64,000 bases of DNA from contig OX597831.1 in NCBI GenBank assembly GCA_951406725.2, positions 75,826,001-75,890,000 on the forward strand. The letters run 5' to 3'. The notes under the pieces were generated by a model, which was not told where the DNA came from, did not search any database, and saw nothing but the letters and a program-made list of their open reading frames with translations. The stretch comes from Octopus vulgaris. Its lineage: Eukaryota. The translations under genes and the position numbers were made by a program. Positions 39,040 through 54,870 of the stretch are shown here, piece after piece (positions within the stretch are counted from its first letter, which is position 1; every line of letters starts with the position of its first letter).

Positions 39040-42000
39040 AACGTAACATTTACTGCAACGAGGAAACCTCGACCTAACAGATATTGCAGCCAAACCTCCC
39101 TCAAACTACATCGGGTCCTCTTAAAAATAGATGTAACTTACTAGATAATGCAGTTCTTGGTGTCTGAAAAGTTATGACGGATTGGTCATCTCTGGAAGGT
39201 CTTTTATTATATCTCTGTTAGGGCCGACGTGGCTTTAAACAACTACAAAAGCGGCAAATATCTTGCTAGAAATATGCAACGTTTGTAACAGTAAAAATAT
39301 AAAATCGAAACTATTTTTAAAAACGAGTTTGCATTTCAGTTTTGATTCTCGGTTTTATTTTTTCTCCTCTTCACCTAACTCGCTAATATGTTTGGGAAAG
39401 GCATGAATGCTTCTCGAAATCACCTCCTATTTATAATGAGGATAAAACAAGAACGTTTAATAAAATAACCACAAATAATTCCGATGTAAGAGCTAAGCTA
39501 TAACTATTTCACTTTTATTTAAAAGCAACATAAACCTCCGGACGAAGCATTAATGATACAAAATCTCTTTGCTTCTCCATATAAATAAAATATTCTTTCT
39601 TCCTATGTTTTCACTCAACCATTCTCTTATTTTTAATGAAAACTTTTTTGATTTAAGCAATATATACAAATATTCCTTACTCCTTTGACTATCTGCCATG
39701 TAAAAACGAGAAAACATTTTTTTGCGCTTATATTTTGCTTAGAAATATCCTTAATAAAATTTTAAAACTGGAAAATGTAGGTCTTAATTTCGAACACTTT
39801 CTGAAGTGATTTTATCTTTTTAAATAAATAACTGAAAATAGAAATAATTTTACTTGGATGTATAAAAGTTAACCGCTTCTTATCCAAAAAAAAAAAAAAA
39901 GAAAAAAATCTCCGAGAGCTGCAATTGTAATAAATTCGTAATAAATTTTAGGGGTACCGAATTATTTAAGCTTCTTCCGAAAGTATCACCTTGAAATTTA
40001 AAGACTATTAAATTCGGTTTCTTTCTTTAAAAAAAATTGTATTTTAATTTCAATTAATTTAAATCATTTTAATTAAACGCATTTAGTTTGTTTAAATACT
40101 AATATTTTTATTAAAGTTATGAGAAGTTACAACAGATTTTTCGTAGATAGACTGCGCCCTTCCCTAAAAATGACGCCGACTCTAGCTTAAAACCCTTACA
40201 GTGAGAGGTCAGCCGGCTGTCTAATCTATGATTTATGTACATTGAACTACAAATTCAACTAACCGCATCTATATAGTAAGTAAAATACAAACACCAAATC
40301 TACTATAAAGTTGTTCCATATGACCAACAAATGTTGTTTAACTAAAAATGAAAGGTTTTGTGCGATGTCCAGTCGTGATCGGAAAACCGCGAATAACATT
40401 TTAAATCTTTCTGTTACTGAACTGAGGTATTTTTGTCTATTATACAAATATTTTTCAGAATAAAATAAAACTTTTAAAAGTATTTTTAAAAATAAACATT
40501 ATGTATAAATATATTTGAGTTTTTAGAAAGCGATCTGATAAGTTCGACCAGGATCCAGGTCGATAGGAAAATATCCGGAGTGCGGCTATCCTCGGTCAAG
40601 CAGAACACATCTTCTAAATGGAGAAAAAAACGGGAAGCACCGTCTAACAAAGCCTCCAGAAGTTCAAGGGGAGATAAATCACAGAGACTATTTAGCAAGA
40701 GTAAGAAAACTTTGATGTAAAGTTCAGAAAAAAACTCCACAAAACACGAGTTTTACCCGAAAGTTTTGCGAGTTTTTCTGGTCAAAACATTCAATTTTTA
40801 AATAGATTTTTCGATAAAATTTATTATCTATGATAAACACTGGATAAATTATACAAAATTTAACATATTTCATATATATTAATGTTGTAAAGTTTAATCA
40901 GAAACTAGTTAAGAAGTGAGTATCAATGGATTTAAAAATTAAAATTTCACTTCCCCGATACTCTCCATAATGAAATCAGCATTAAAACTTCAATTTCTAT
41001 TTTAACTTCACAAAAGTTTAATTTTTTCAACTAATCTATGAATTATTTACTACAGAAAATAAATTAATTCTAGTTAATTCTCTCAAAAGTTAAACAATTT
41101 CAATAACTTAATTAGTTCATATAATAATAATTATTATTAATTTAATTACTACCTTATTAAAGGATAATTGTTCTTATAAAACTCTTCTTTTTCATGTGTA
41201 AATTTCTTTAATTACTTTTATTAAAATCTCCAAAATTATAGACATTGTTGCCAAGAAGAGCGAGTTGGATATATTTATGAAATATCATAATAGATATGAC
41301 AAAGGAAATAATAATAGTAATAAAACGCACAGAAAACACACAAATTCGTAATTATTAAATTTCTAAATTAAAATTTCTTACAAGTTTCGGTTTTCCAGAA
41401 CAAAAACTGTTATTTCAATAATGTAACACTGAAGAATTAAACGTTTTATTTCAAACGTTGTAGTTAGAACAGAAAATATGACTGATCCAGAGCTGTGGCA
41501 GATCGCCATTGTTCGAGTCTTTTCTTTGTTTTAAAATGTCTTGGCTAGTTATTTGCTAACTAGAATATTATACTAACGTTACAGCAGATTAATATTAAAA
41601 TATATTACAATCTTCTTTGTTACTAAGAAACCACAGAAGCAATGAATTGAACATTAGCTCCAGCAGAATCAACAAGCCGGGCTAAAAGATTTGCTAAGAA
41701 AATTTGTGAAAGAATAGAATAAAGGAAGAGAGAAAAAAAATAAACAAAATAACAATTGAGCCTATTCCATATGGATGAAATATGGATTAAAAAAAAATAT
41801 ATTTTTTGTTTATTGCGCCTTTTGGGCAGATTGAAAGGGTTAGATTTAGCATGAAACAACACCTTGCTTGTATGACTCTTTAATCAGCCGTCCTCAGCCC
41901 CCTGCCGCGTCCTACAATCAAATGAGGGGGGCCAAGCTCTCCTGTTGGTCGCAGCAGGATTTGGAGTTGGGGGTATTATATTCGCTTTCACTGTGGTCCG

Positions 42001-43560
42001 AGTAGAAGGGGGAGAAGGAGAAGCTGGGGGAAGAAAAAAATCGAATAAAATAAAATGTAAAAGAGATGAGTGCTGCTACAACAGTTGGTGCTCGTCACAT
42101 GTATAGAAGCTGGAATGAACCCACTTGATGTATGTTAATCAGGAAGAAAATTGACTTGGCTTGCAGCTGTAAGGTTGCATGCACAAAAGAAGATCGGTTC
42201 CGGTAGATGCGCAAAGAAACACGGCAGTAGATTCACAGTAAATTGACCAAGCACAAGACAAAGCTGTTTGGAATAGAGACTTTCTAATGCGACATTTCGG
42301 TTGTTGTCAAAAAATAATCAAGGCAAAGCCCCAGCTGGGGTATCGTTTGCTTTGTGTTGATTTATCCGTGACTTGTCTTCGTGTGATGAAGGAGAGAAAG
42401 GAAAATCAGGGAAGAATAAAAAAGAAAAAGGAAAAGAGATGAAGGAAAAATGTAAAATAAATAAAAAGAAAAATTTTAGAAAGGGGAAAAAAATGCTAGA
42501 CGCAAGAACACATTCTCAAATCGCCATAACTTTTGAAAGGTCTTTCTTTCAGTTTACAAAGCTTGTTTCATGATATATCTTTGTCTTTGTGTACTCGACA
42601 AAAACTGATATAATGAGAAAATCTGTGTTCCTTTTAGAAACACGCTGTCTATTTTTTTTTATTGTCACTAACTTGTACCACACAGCGTGGCCAACGAAAG
42701 TGAGTTGGTTTGCACGTGCCCCGCTCGTCCTAAAAGATGCTGGGCTAGCCTCTGTTAGTTTTTATTTTAATTTTTTATTCTTATTCATCTTCGCGTCCAT
42801 TCTGCAGATATTGTCTGTAATTTCTGAATAGAAATCGTAAGTTTTAGAAGAAAAAATAAAAAACGAAAAGAAAAAAAGTCTGCTCGAAATTTTATTGTGG
42901 TAAGTATCCACCCCACACGGTGTCTAAGAAATCGTTTTTTTTCGCACGTGCCCCCCTGTAAGCTTTGAGCTGTCCGAAGCGGTCCTTTCTGCATCCATTT
43001 TAAAAATACATTGTCTACGTAGTGTTGGAAAATTGTTATTTACTTTAAAAAGTAAAATAACAACAACAACAACAACTACATCAACAATAATAAAACAATA
43101 AGTAATTTCTATTTTTTTACTGTTTTGTCACTTTACCACACATGGTCCACCCTCCCCCCTCTTTGTAAAAAATGCTGAAATCAAACAAGCACGTGCAATG
43201 TTATAGCGTCGAGATCTTGGAGATAGTCCGGAGCCCCCTCCCCCCACCTCGACCGCCCTCCACACCATCCTTCCCCGCCACCGTGGTGCCCATTCCTTAG
43301 ATAGAGTTTACAAAAGAGTAAAAAAGGAAATTGGCGTTTACCTTTTCAAAAACGCACTTGAACATTTAATGTGGTTGTAGTACCACAAAGCCCCCGTCTA
43401 AGAAAACGGCTGACCAGCACATGTGATCGAGGGATCAAAATGGTTCGCCTCATACCATCTGTGTCGCTTTCCACACAGAATCGACAGTAAAACCCCCTTT
43501 TGTATTTGGTAACACTCGAACGCCAAACCCCTACTACTGCGTTTGACATCTTACAAACAC

Positions 43561-43610
<50 letters not shown>

Positions 43611-45984
43611 ATCGCTTCACACACTTGGGTTTATTTGCTAATTAAATGCGTATACAAAGCAGAAAATAAGAAGAAATAAAAAAGAAGAGGGAAGTTTCTC
43701 AAGACGAAATAAAAGTAAAATGCTAGGTTAGTTCCCTTGTACCTCCACCCCGTGGTCCCATGCTTTTTATTTATTTATTTATTTATTTATTTATCATTTC
43801 TTGTTTTTGTTTTTTCTTCATGTGGGTAGTGCGTGCGTGCGTGCGCGAGTGCGTGCATGAGGGAGTGAGCGAGAGAGAAAGCTTCTCCTGTCCCGTCAAA
43901 TCTAATGTTTGGAAACCTTTGCTATCGACATAGGGGTAGGGCCGCAGGTATGGGGTGGGTGGGGTGGAGTTTAGAAAGTAAACTTTTTTTTTTTTGACCA
44001 CAAAAAAAAATGGTATTCTTTTGACACCTCAACTAAAACTTTTTTTTTTCTCTCTCTCTCTCTCGTAGAGGAAGTCTTAAGTTTGGATTATAGATAATAG
44101 CATTTCAGAAATCTTGAGCTAAAAATGAGAGATAATGATAATAATATTACTAATAAAACAAAACAGAAAGAAAAACAGAAGGAAAAATTCTCAAAAAAAA
44201 CCATAAAAAAAATCAGAGTAAATGTGGCATAGATTATAAAGAGTTATAAATTTAGTTATGATTAAAGTATTGTAATTAGTTATCGATTAATACTTGTTAA
44301 ATATAATCGAAGATATCAATCGATAATTGAAGATATATTTGAGAAAAGAATGGATATTTAAAAAAAAATTCGAAAGTTTTCTATTTTAAATGCATTTTTT
44401 GCCGTTTATGGATCGGAGTTTTATAACAACTAAACGACCGATTCGAGAGAAAAAAGAGAAATTCGTTATTATGATCTGTATCTCCTTAATATATTTGGAA
44501 GAAGTTTTTACAAAGTTCACATGGTTTGAGTAAGCAATAGGCAGTTTGAAGATCCGTCGAATGAGAGTATAAAAAAGAATAATAATAAAAAAAAGTAAAA
44601 AAAGAAGAAAAAAACCGAAATTCTATTATAATTGCCCTCCCATTCTCACAGCATTCAGTGGAATGTGAAAGTGGCAACTCAAGTGAATGTGGCTCTGTGA
44701 TGAGTGACACAGTAACTTTGTGATATCACATACGGCGCTTTTTAAAAACTATCTCTCATTCCGAGAGTACTTCGTCTCAGTAGAGCGCATTCCACTACCA
44801 CATTTCGAAAGGTTTACAGAATTGTTGCATTAATCTTTATCCATATTAGGACTATTATTGCATCCCATTCCTCCTGGCGACAAAAGGTTTCAGAGCAGGG
44901 AGAGAGATGGAATTTTTTTTTAACCCGGCAAACTCGAACCCTCAAATTTAGTGATAGTTATCTCCCTTACGTCACGCTGTTTTAAAATGTTCCTCTGGCG
45001 GGTTTTATGAGTGGAGGAAATGATGGTCGTAAAGCGCCGCACCAATCGAGTACACAAACTGTGATTTGCATGCTGTGTTGAAATATTCTTATCTGATTAA
45101 AATATGCTTTTCTTTTTCAAGCATATATTTCGAATTAAGATCATTTAGGTAATGGAAATAAACTAAGCATGAAATCATAAAATGATGTAGTTTTCAAGCT
45201 ACTTGGAACTCCGCTTGATGGGAAAAAGATGAGGGTAAAAATTCGGCGGGAGAGTTTGGCAAGAAATTAGCAATGGTTAAGCGGGTACGGGATATAAAGG
45301 CGCAGTAGTGGGTAGCGGCTTTACAACAGAAGTGGGAAAAAATATAAAAAAATCTTATCATGTTCGGGCACTCGATAAGGTTGCTTGTTCACTGTTCTCT
45401 GTGAGTCTGACTCCGTGAATCCCCATCGTCGACTGTGTTTCTTTCCCACACTTGAACAAAATGGGTTTAGGACCTTTCCCACAAAATTAAAGAATAGTCA
45501 AATCACTCGAATAGAGTGCTACAAAGAATTCTTTGGCTATTCGGAGCGAATGGGCCCTCAGGAGGCCTGCGATTGCCCATTTCTCAACTCTCCATCCAAC
45601 CGGAGGCAGCACCTTCAACTAGCCTCGGCGCGGACAAGAAATTATGTTGGTAAAATCCAGAAGAGTTGAAACGCTGACAAAAGAACTGCAGCCAGCTACA
45701 ATGCACTTCCAAAAACTATAGACCAAAACATTCTCAAATTTTTGACGGCTTAGCAGCTGTCTTCGTCGGGGGATGGAAATGAAAAAAAGAAGTTTTAAAA
45801 GCAAGTGTATTGTGTGACAGTGTCTATATAACGGCTACTGATAGCCTTTCTTTCTCAAATGCAATTGGTTTTAGTGTTGTGAACGTTCTTGATTGTTCGT
45901 TCTCTTGCATGGGAAAGGGAAGATCTCCACCAGCCGTTACGTAGACGGGGTTGCGCAACTGTGGATAAGCTGTTCAATGTCTTC

Positions 45985-46038
45985 ATGGAATTCCTACCCA
46001 GTGCGGATTTAGAATTTTTCAACCTAAATGGAGAACTG
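45985..46038 (+). CDS. Candidate first coding exon MEFLPSADLEFFNLNGEL (phase-0 donor); product unknown
   Basis: 18 codons from ATG ending at a consensus G|GTAAGT donor, downstream of TATA motifs in a repeat-free island; no downstream exon identified. Confidence 0.45.
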
Positions 46039-47761
46039 GTAAGTGTTTTGGTTACGAAAGCGTCCGATACAAAATTTGAGACTGCCTCGGGGATAGAGTA
46101 GCACTAACGTAAGTGTTCATAGGTGCCTTACTCTTTCTCTCGCGATCTCTTTGCCTCCGCCTAGAAACCTCACCGTTACCTTATGACCTGTTCAAGCATC
46201 TATCAAAACCGCAAGGGAATTTTTTCCGTTTATAAATTTTTTTTCTTTTTTAAAAAATTTCCGTATAATTTTATGGTATTGTTGTTAAATATTTCGATTA
46301 TTATTTTACAAATGCAAAATATTGTTTGTTGAAATTTTGAAAAAGTTTCTCTTTTTTTCCTACTTTTTTTTTTCGTTTTTTGAAATTAAATGTGTTTGTT
46401 GTCTTTAACGGAAAAAAAAATGTTTTTCTAAATTTGTTTCCTCGAAAATTCACCCCAAATATGATCACTTTTATTCACATCTTTAAATTCCTGATACAAT
46501 ATATTCTTTTCTCCATATTCTGTAAATAATTTGAGAATTTTATTCCAGCATAGAAGCACGTCAGATAACTAACTTTTGTGGATGAAAAAAAAAATATATA
46601 TATAAAAAATTATGAATAATGGTGGAATTTTACTTCCGAAAATTTGTCCCAAAATGAATTTCATTTCTTGCTTATAATATCAAATACATCTGCACACATG
46701 TCTATATAGTAACATATATACACATATGTGTATATTAATATATACATAAGCGGATATTTTTTCATTCAACTCTACAGTTCTTGTTTCAGCAATTTTTTTT
46801 TTAAATGACCAAAAATATTACTCTGCTTTCTTCCTTAAACACTATTCCTTGCTCCATCATTTGCAGAATTAGCTAAATTAAAAAAAAACAACGAAATATT
46901 AACGCTTCTGTAGCACGTTATAATTTAACATAACCGTAGCCAATGCTCGTATTTCACCTTCTATCAATTTGTATGCAAAAAATTCAAAGCCCTAAATAGT
47001 TATAGTGTCTCTGAGTAGGTTTAAATTCTTAAGACAATTCTCTTATTTCCTGTATTCAAGTAGATGCGTGTTGTGTTAGAATCTAGTTGCTCTGATTGAA
47101 TCGGTTTTTGTAGGACAGATTGTATGCAAGTGGCTAAGCTTGATGGGCCGCAAACCCTGGTGGCATGTTATGAATTCAACATTGTTTGAACAAGCCACAA
47201 ATGTATGTCAAGAGTTTGTATACGCTCGTGGTTTAAGTGCATAGTTAGACGTGGCAGTCTGGATGTTATTCGAGTGCACATTATCCGGCGCGTTCGGTTG
47301 CTCCACGCTTTTTTTCCCATCCGTGAATGAAGTCTGGCGCCCAGTACGCCCGAACAGCTGAATACTATAACTGGCTCTCATTCACTTAGGGAATCGGGCC
47401 TAGAACAAAAAATACGCCTCGAAATATAAACCAGAAGCTAACTATATGGCTCACAAAAATCCACTGGTAATTACCATATGACAGTAAGCTAGGACTTGGC
47501 AACCGATAGTTTTTGATTCACTTAAATTCTGCCCTATTTTGAGGACCAGAAGAAAAAAAAAAACAAGAGCTTATTCAACTTTCACCATGTGAAGCTGAGA
47601 AAAGCGATGAAGGCGGATAAAAGAAAGATAGAAATAAATGGACACATGATACATAGATACATGTGTGTACGTGTATATATATATATGTGTATATATGCAT
47701 CAACATTTATACATGTATATACAAGTATACATACATACAAGTATATACATACATACATACA

Positions 47762-47842
<81 letters not shown>

Positions 47843-48243
47843 ATAATGATACAATATAAAAGGTTTCTAAATTCGAATTTTCTTTTAATCAAACATAATT
47901 ACTATCTTTTTTTTTTAATGTTGAAGTCAATGATTTATAAGTTTATTTTTTAATTAGAACTTTAATTATCTTTTATAACCAGGGAGATATTTACGTCAGT
48001 CTCTTTATTTTCCCTTTTAGTTATAAATGAACAATTTTGTCAGACACTGAGTTTTCCTGTTTCCTTATCTTTACAAAAAATACGAACCGTTTACTTCTTA
48101 GTTATTCAGGGTTATCCGTGGTTTTGGAGTTTTGTTTTAGTTTAGTTAAAATTGGGAAGTCGATGGTTAAGTGTACGGCTTAATTGCACTTAATGACATC
48201 AACACACATACATACATACATACATGCATAAACATACACACAC

Positions 48244-48297
<54 letters not shown>

Positions 48298-48400
48298 ATA
48301 ATAAAGGGTGAAATTAATTAATTTAGAAATAATCATTAATTTCACCAAGTAGAGTTCGGCATGTAAAAGCCCCATTCAAAATCGTTGCTAAACCCTTAAT

Positions 48401-48470
<70 letters not shown>

Positions 48471-49530
48471 TGTTTACTACTTATTTACTTGTGTATAAGT
48501 TGCATTATTTTATATTTGGTTTTAAGCGGAAAACAAAGCAAAAAAAAATTAAACTGGACTGATATTCATACTCGGGGTAAAGCTAAAACTATGAAAGGAA
48601 AAAATTTCAGTAAATTAGGGATGCGACTTATACACGAGTAAATATGGTAAATCTATTTTCATGCTTTGAGGTTTATTTTCGGGAAAAAAGTTGGTGAAAG
48701 ACTCCAAATCGAAGAATTGTACATTTATAATTTCCGTCTCACTGAAGAATATTTGGCAACGATGACCAAGTTTCTTGTTTCTGCGAATTCCTAATAAATT
48801 ATAACAAGTTTGTGTTGAGAATAACTTAGACTTTTGATCCGTCAAATCTGAGGTGCGGTTTCGCATCTCCCGGAGCAATAAATGACCAGACGGAAAGGCA
48901 TGAACATCACAAATGCTTGACTTAAACAAATTCCCCTCTGTCAGTCCCAAAACGTTGTTTCTGCGTAAAAAACATAGGCATAAACCTATACGAAGCACGG
49001 ATTTTGTGGTGGAAGCTGATGAGATGATTCAATCACCACAGTTTCAATACCAGGTTGTGACAGGTTCATATGATCTATGTTGGTAATGTGCCTTCAGAAA
49101 GGCATGAATGACTCATCCTCTTACGTTTCTTTCTCTCAATTTTCAGGAATTGTATTTTTGTTGAGAAGTAATAGAGAGGGTTCTATCGAAAGTTATGGCA
49201 GATAAAGAATATCTTTCTTCAGAGTTTGGTTCATAAAAATGAAATACGTGGTCATGCTGGGGCACCGACTTGGAGAATTTTTGGTCGAATGAATCGACCC
49301 CAGTACTTGTGTTAATTTTTTTTTAAAGTTTGGTATTTATTTTAATAATCCTCTTTTGCCGAACCGCTAAGCTGCGGGGAGGCAAACACACCAGCACCGG
49401 TTCTGAAGCGTTTGGGGGAACAAACACAGACACAGAGACACTTGCATATATATTCACACATATGTGTTTACATCTATACCTATATATATATATATATAGA
49501 TATATGAATATATCTATATATATGTATATA

Positions 49531-49639
<109 letters not shown>

Positions 49640-49910
49640 CAGTGCTTTCACAACATTATATGTTTCTGTCTTACCGTGGGTCCCCATTCAATAAAAATAT
49701 TTTGCTAATCAGGTTCGATTCCTGGCCAAACTTTGTAACGTCCATTTACTTATATCTTGAGATGTATCTATATTTTTATACTTATTTGATATCCATCTGA
49801 TCAATATGCAATCATATATATATATATATATATATATACACAAAGTCACGAGCGCGCATATATACTGATTGCATATTGATCAGATGGATATCAAATGAGT
49901 ATACAAATGA

Positions 49911-49954
<44 letters not shown>

Positions 49955-50045
49955 CATGCTATACATACATATATACATACACACACACACACACATATAT
50001 ATACTCATATATACATACATATATATATTTGTATATACACAAACA

Positions 50046-50097
<52 letters not shown>

Positions 50098-50260
50098 CAT
50101 TTCTCTCTCTCTCTCTCTCTCTAGCTATCTGTCTGTCTGTCTCTCTCTTTATCTATACGTCTCTCTCTCTCTCTCTCACACTCTCTCTATCAATCTATTT
50201 ATCTAACCCTATATCTATCAATCTCTCAATCAAAGAATCAATCAAACAATCAATCAATCA

Positions 50261-50509
<249 letters not shown>

Positions 50510-50989
50510 CCTATCTTTATCTATCTATATCTATATTTGTTAAACTGTTGCTGGATTTTCCCCTTTTATTACTTTCAATTTGTCATTCCAGAGCGCATGA
50601 CGACATATCTGAATTTATGTATTTTACGCTGTATGGAAACTGGTCTTAATTTTTGGCACAAAGCCAGCAATTTAGAGGTAGGGCAAAGTCGATTACACCG
50701 ACTCCAGTTTTCGGCTGGTACTTATTTCATCTACTCCGAAAGAATGGAAACCTTAATTTGAACTGAGAACATATAGACGGGCGAAATGCTTCAAAGCATT
50801 TTCCCTCGAGTCCTAACGATTCTACCCGATCGCCACCTTAAACGTATAAATATCTGTCTCTAATTTATCTTCATGTCTCATATTTGGACACTTGATATAT
50901 ATCACGTATACCTATAAGTTCTATATATAAGCAATTGTTATTCTGCATGTCTTATTTCCTATATATTTGCTCCAATATATACCTGTAGG

Positions 50990-51050
<61 letters not shown>

Positions 51051-51281
51051 GTACTTACATATCTAAAGTATCCTGCCAATATCTGATATTTTCATGGTTG
51101 TTTTACCTTACTGTGAACTTGATATTACCTAACCATTTCTGGCGCCCTGCGTGTTGGTGTGTCTAGATTCTATTGAATCCTATAACTTAACTGTCTACCT
51201 CATACACCCCCCACACACATGTATGTATATGTATGCATGTATATGAATGTAGGTAGGTAGGTATGTATATATATATATATG

Positions 51282-51378
<97 letters not shown>

Positions 51379-51719
51379 ATGTCTCTACAACTGATAAATT
51401 GTTATGCTGACACTATAGCCCATGGCATATCTGTGTTTTCCTGTTTAAACTTGCTATTTCATATTGCCTTCTACTTGTGTTCGGATATCTTTGAAATGGA
51501 TTCTCTGACAAATCAAAATTTGATTCCCTTTTTTTCCCTCTCTCCTTCTCTGCCTACCTGCCTGCCTGCCTGTCTATCAGTCTCTCTGTCTGTCTGTATC
51601 TCTTTATATCTATATGTATATATATATGTGTGTGTGTATGTGTATAAAATGTACACTATATTCATATATATTACATACATGTACGTAATATATCTATATA
51701 ACAATATCTATCTTCTTAC

Positions 51720-51767
<48 letters not shown>

Positions 51768-52065
51768 TGCACACTGTTCGGTACCTTTTTTTTATATATA
51801 AAAAAATTATTTGTGTGTGTTTTTTTTTTTAATTGAGTGTGACTTTGGTTATTTTTTTTTTTCTTTACTACACCGAAGGTCCTCGATAAATTATAAAAAT
51901 ATATATTTATATATATATATATATATTTTATATATTATATCATATATATCTTACGTTAAATATTTCGTGTATATATTTTCACTGTATATTATTTTATATT
52001 TTTTATATATCTGTTATATATATATATATATATATATCTATATATATATCTCATAATAGTACATA

Positions 52066-52112
<47 letters not shown>

Positions 52113-52270
52113 TATTTATATTATATTATCTTATGTATATTATTATATTTTTTTTTTATATATGTTATATTTATATATTTTTATTTATTTTATTTTTTTT
52201 TTTTATTTATATTATATATATGTATATCGCGATATATATATCTTTTATATATATATATATATATATCTCT

Positions 52271-52354
<84 letters not shown>

Positions 52355-52645
52355 CTATATATATATCTCTCTCTCTCTCTCTTCAAAATGTAACCTCGTG
52401 TGTACCGTTGTCGATTTATTCCCTGTCTTCCCTTCTCTGGGTCTTTCCTTCTCTATGTTTCAGAGCTCCCTCGAACGTTCTCCTCTATTTTCATATATAT
52501 ATATATATTTTATATATATATTTTCATATATCTTGTTAATATTTTCAAATGTATATATTCCGTTATATATTTTATATATATCCCTTCTCTTCTTTCCTTT
52601 CCTATGTTATTTTTTCCGACGAATATTCCATAATAAACAAGCTTC

Positions 52646-52685
<40 letters not shown>

Positions 52686-52923
52686 GACTATATTCATTTT
52701 GCTTTGTTGTTATTTTCATATTATATATCTACATGTATATATCATTATGGTATTTATCTCACAATATTTTTAGAACAATCATTTCTTTGTGTCTTCGTGT
52801 ATTTCTATGCCAAAAGTCGCTATCAAAAGCAGAACTAAGGCGTCGGTTCACTTTCTCATCTTAATAGTTCTTTTATTACTTTCTTCTTTCTTTTTTTTCA
52901 ACGGTTTCTCTCTCTAACAGAAA

Positions 52924-52965
<42 letters not shown>

Positions 52966-53898
52966 TCTCGGTCTTTCAAAATGTAACCTCGTGTGTGCCG
53001 TTATCGATTCCTCTGTCTTCCTTCTCTGAGATCTTCAACCTACCTATGTTTCCGACGAGAAGCTGCTCGAAACATTCTGCATCATGCTTTCCTGAGCAAA
53101 TACTATATTTGTTCGACTTCCTCGCGTTGTTGTGTTTTTTTTGTGCTTTCTTGTTTGGTTCATATATATATATATATATATATATACGTATGTATATATA
53201 TATATTATGACTTTATATTCTTAAAAACAAGCTGTGTATTTTCATGCTCAAAAATATTTGCTAGTATTTGACCTCACTGCGAAATAATAAAAAGAGCAAG
53301 CGTCGGTTCAAAAGTCGGGCTATAACTTTGATCATACATGTCCTTGATCAAGGTAATCGATCCACGCGATTCCTCCTTTTCATCTAAACGAAAGTAGGTC
53401 ATTGACTGTATTATTTTCATTATTTAGCCCAGGTCAGCTCTGACCAGGGGCTGACATAAGAGATGGTGAATGGGGCTGCTCGATGGAAGTTCATAACTTT
53501 TACCGTGATCTTCGTGTCTTTTATTTTCAGCCAAAGTCTCACTGAACTATGTTATCTATTGGTGTCCTTCACTTTGTCACTAGTAAAGTTCTCTTTGGGG
53601 GAAATTTTATCATTTCTAGCAGGTCCGATTGGGATATAAAGTAAATATACATGTGTGTGTGTGTGTAATTCTTTAGCAAGAACATATATTAAACAGTGTT
53701 TTCAGTTCAAACCAGCTAAGCCATCATTGGACTGTCACTTCAGTGATGGGTTGTGCCTGAGACTTCAAGTCACTGGCAATTTACTCTACAAAAGCATGGA
53801 GTAACACTGAAGACAATGTAAAACTGTTTCATTATAACTAAACGTAAAAGAACAAACAATACATACATACATACATACATACATACATACATACATAC

Positions 53899-53957
<59 letters not shown>

Positions 53958-54056
53958 GGAGTAAACATATAAATGTGAAACAAGGTGGAAAAAAGAAATA
54001 CTCAAATACCAGTGGTAGAGTAATATGCTTTATTTAAAAGCAGCAGAAAATTCAAC

Positions 54057-54103
54057 AAACCTGTTACTCTGAGTTTTCACGTTTCCGTTCGTCGGACAGT
54101 TTT
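54057..54103 (-). ncRNA. Family B hammerhead motif (duplicate of 37694-37740, one extra base)
   Basis: ctgttactctgagttttcacgtttccgttcgtcggacag. Confidence 0.6.
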
Positions 54104-54414
54104 TCTTTTATATATATAATCATAAACTCACTTTTATCCAGAGCCAATGAAGTAAAGTTTAATTTCTTTACAAGCAAGGATGTAAACGGGGGTTTGGAGA
54201 ATCACGGAAACCTGGGTTTACAGTCAGCATTCATCCATAGTATTATTTCTAAGTCAAAAGTGTTTCAATTTGATTTCATTCGCTGAACCTCACTGAAAAG
54301 AGTTGAGCCAAGATTCACTGTAAACGTTGCTGATCTGACTCTCTCCCTCCTCCACTCTCTCTCTCGCTCTCTCAGGTTCAACAACATTCTATGAGTATTT
54401 GACTTCTGTCAATG

Positions 54415-54453
<39 letters not shown>

Positions 54454-54613
54454 AGCCGCAGGCATGGCTTTGTGTTAAGAGCTTGCTTCTCAATCACATG
54501 TTTGGTTCAATCCCACTGCGTGGCACCTTGGGCAAGTGTCTTCTATTATAACCTCGGGCCGACCAAAGCCTTGTGAGGGGATTTGGTAGATGGAAACTGG
54601 GAGAAGCATGTCG

Positions 54614-54668
<55 letters not shown>

Positions 54669-54707
54669 CAACAGGTAAACGAAACTATGTATATATATAT
54701 ATATATG

Positions 54708-54755
<48 letters not shown>

Positions 54756-54783
54756 TATGTATATATATGTATATATATATATG

Positions 54784-54836
<53 letters not shown>

Positions 54837-54837
54837 G

Positions 54838-54870
<33 letters not shown>

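Noticed and set aside
51780-53700. Apparent rapid divergence or rearrangement in copy 2, including broken family A motifs
   Set aside because: The pattern fits a poor-quality consensus sequence rather than biology.
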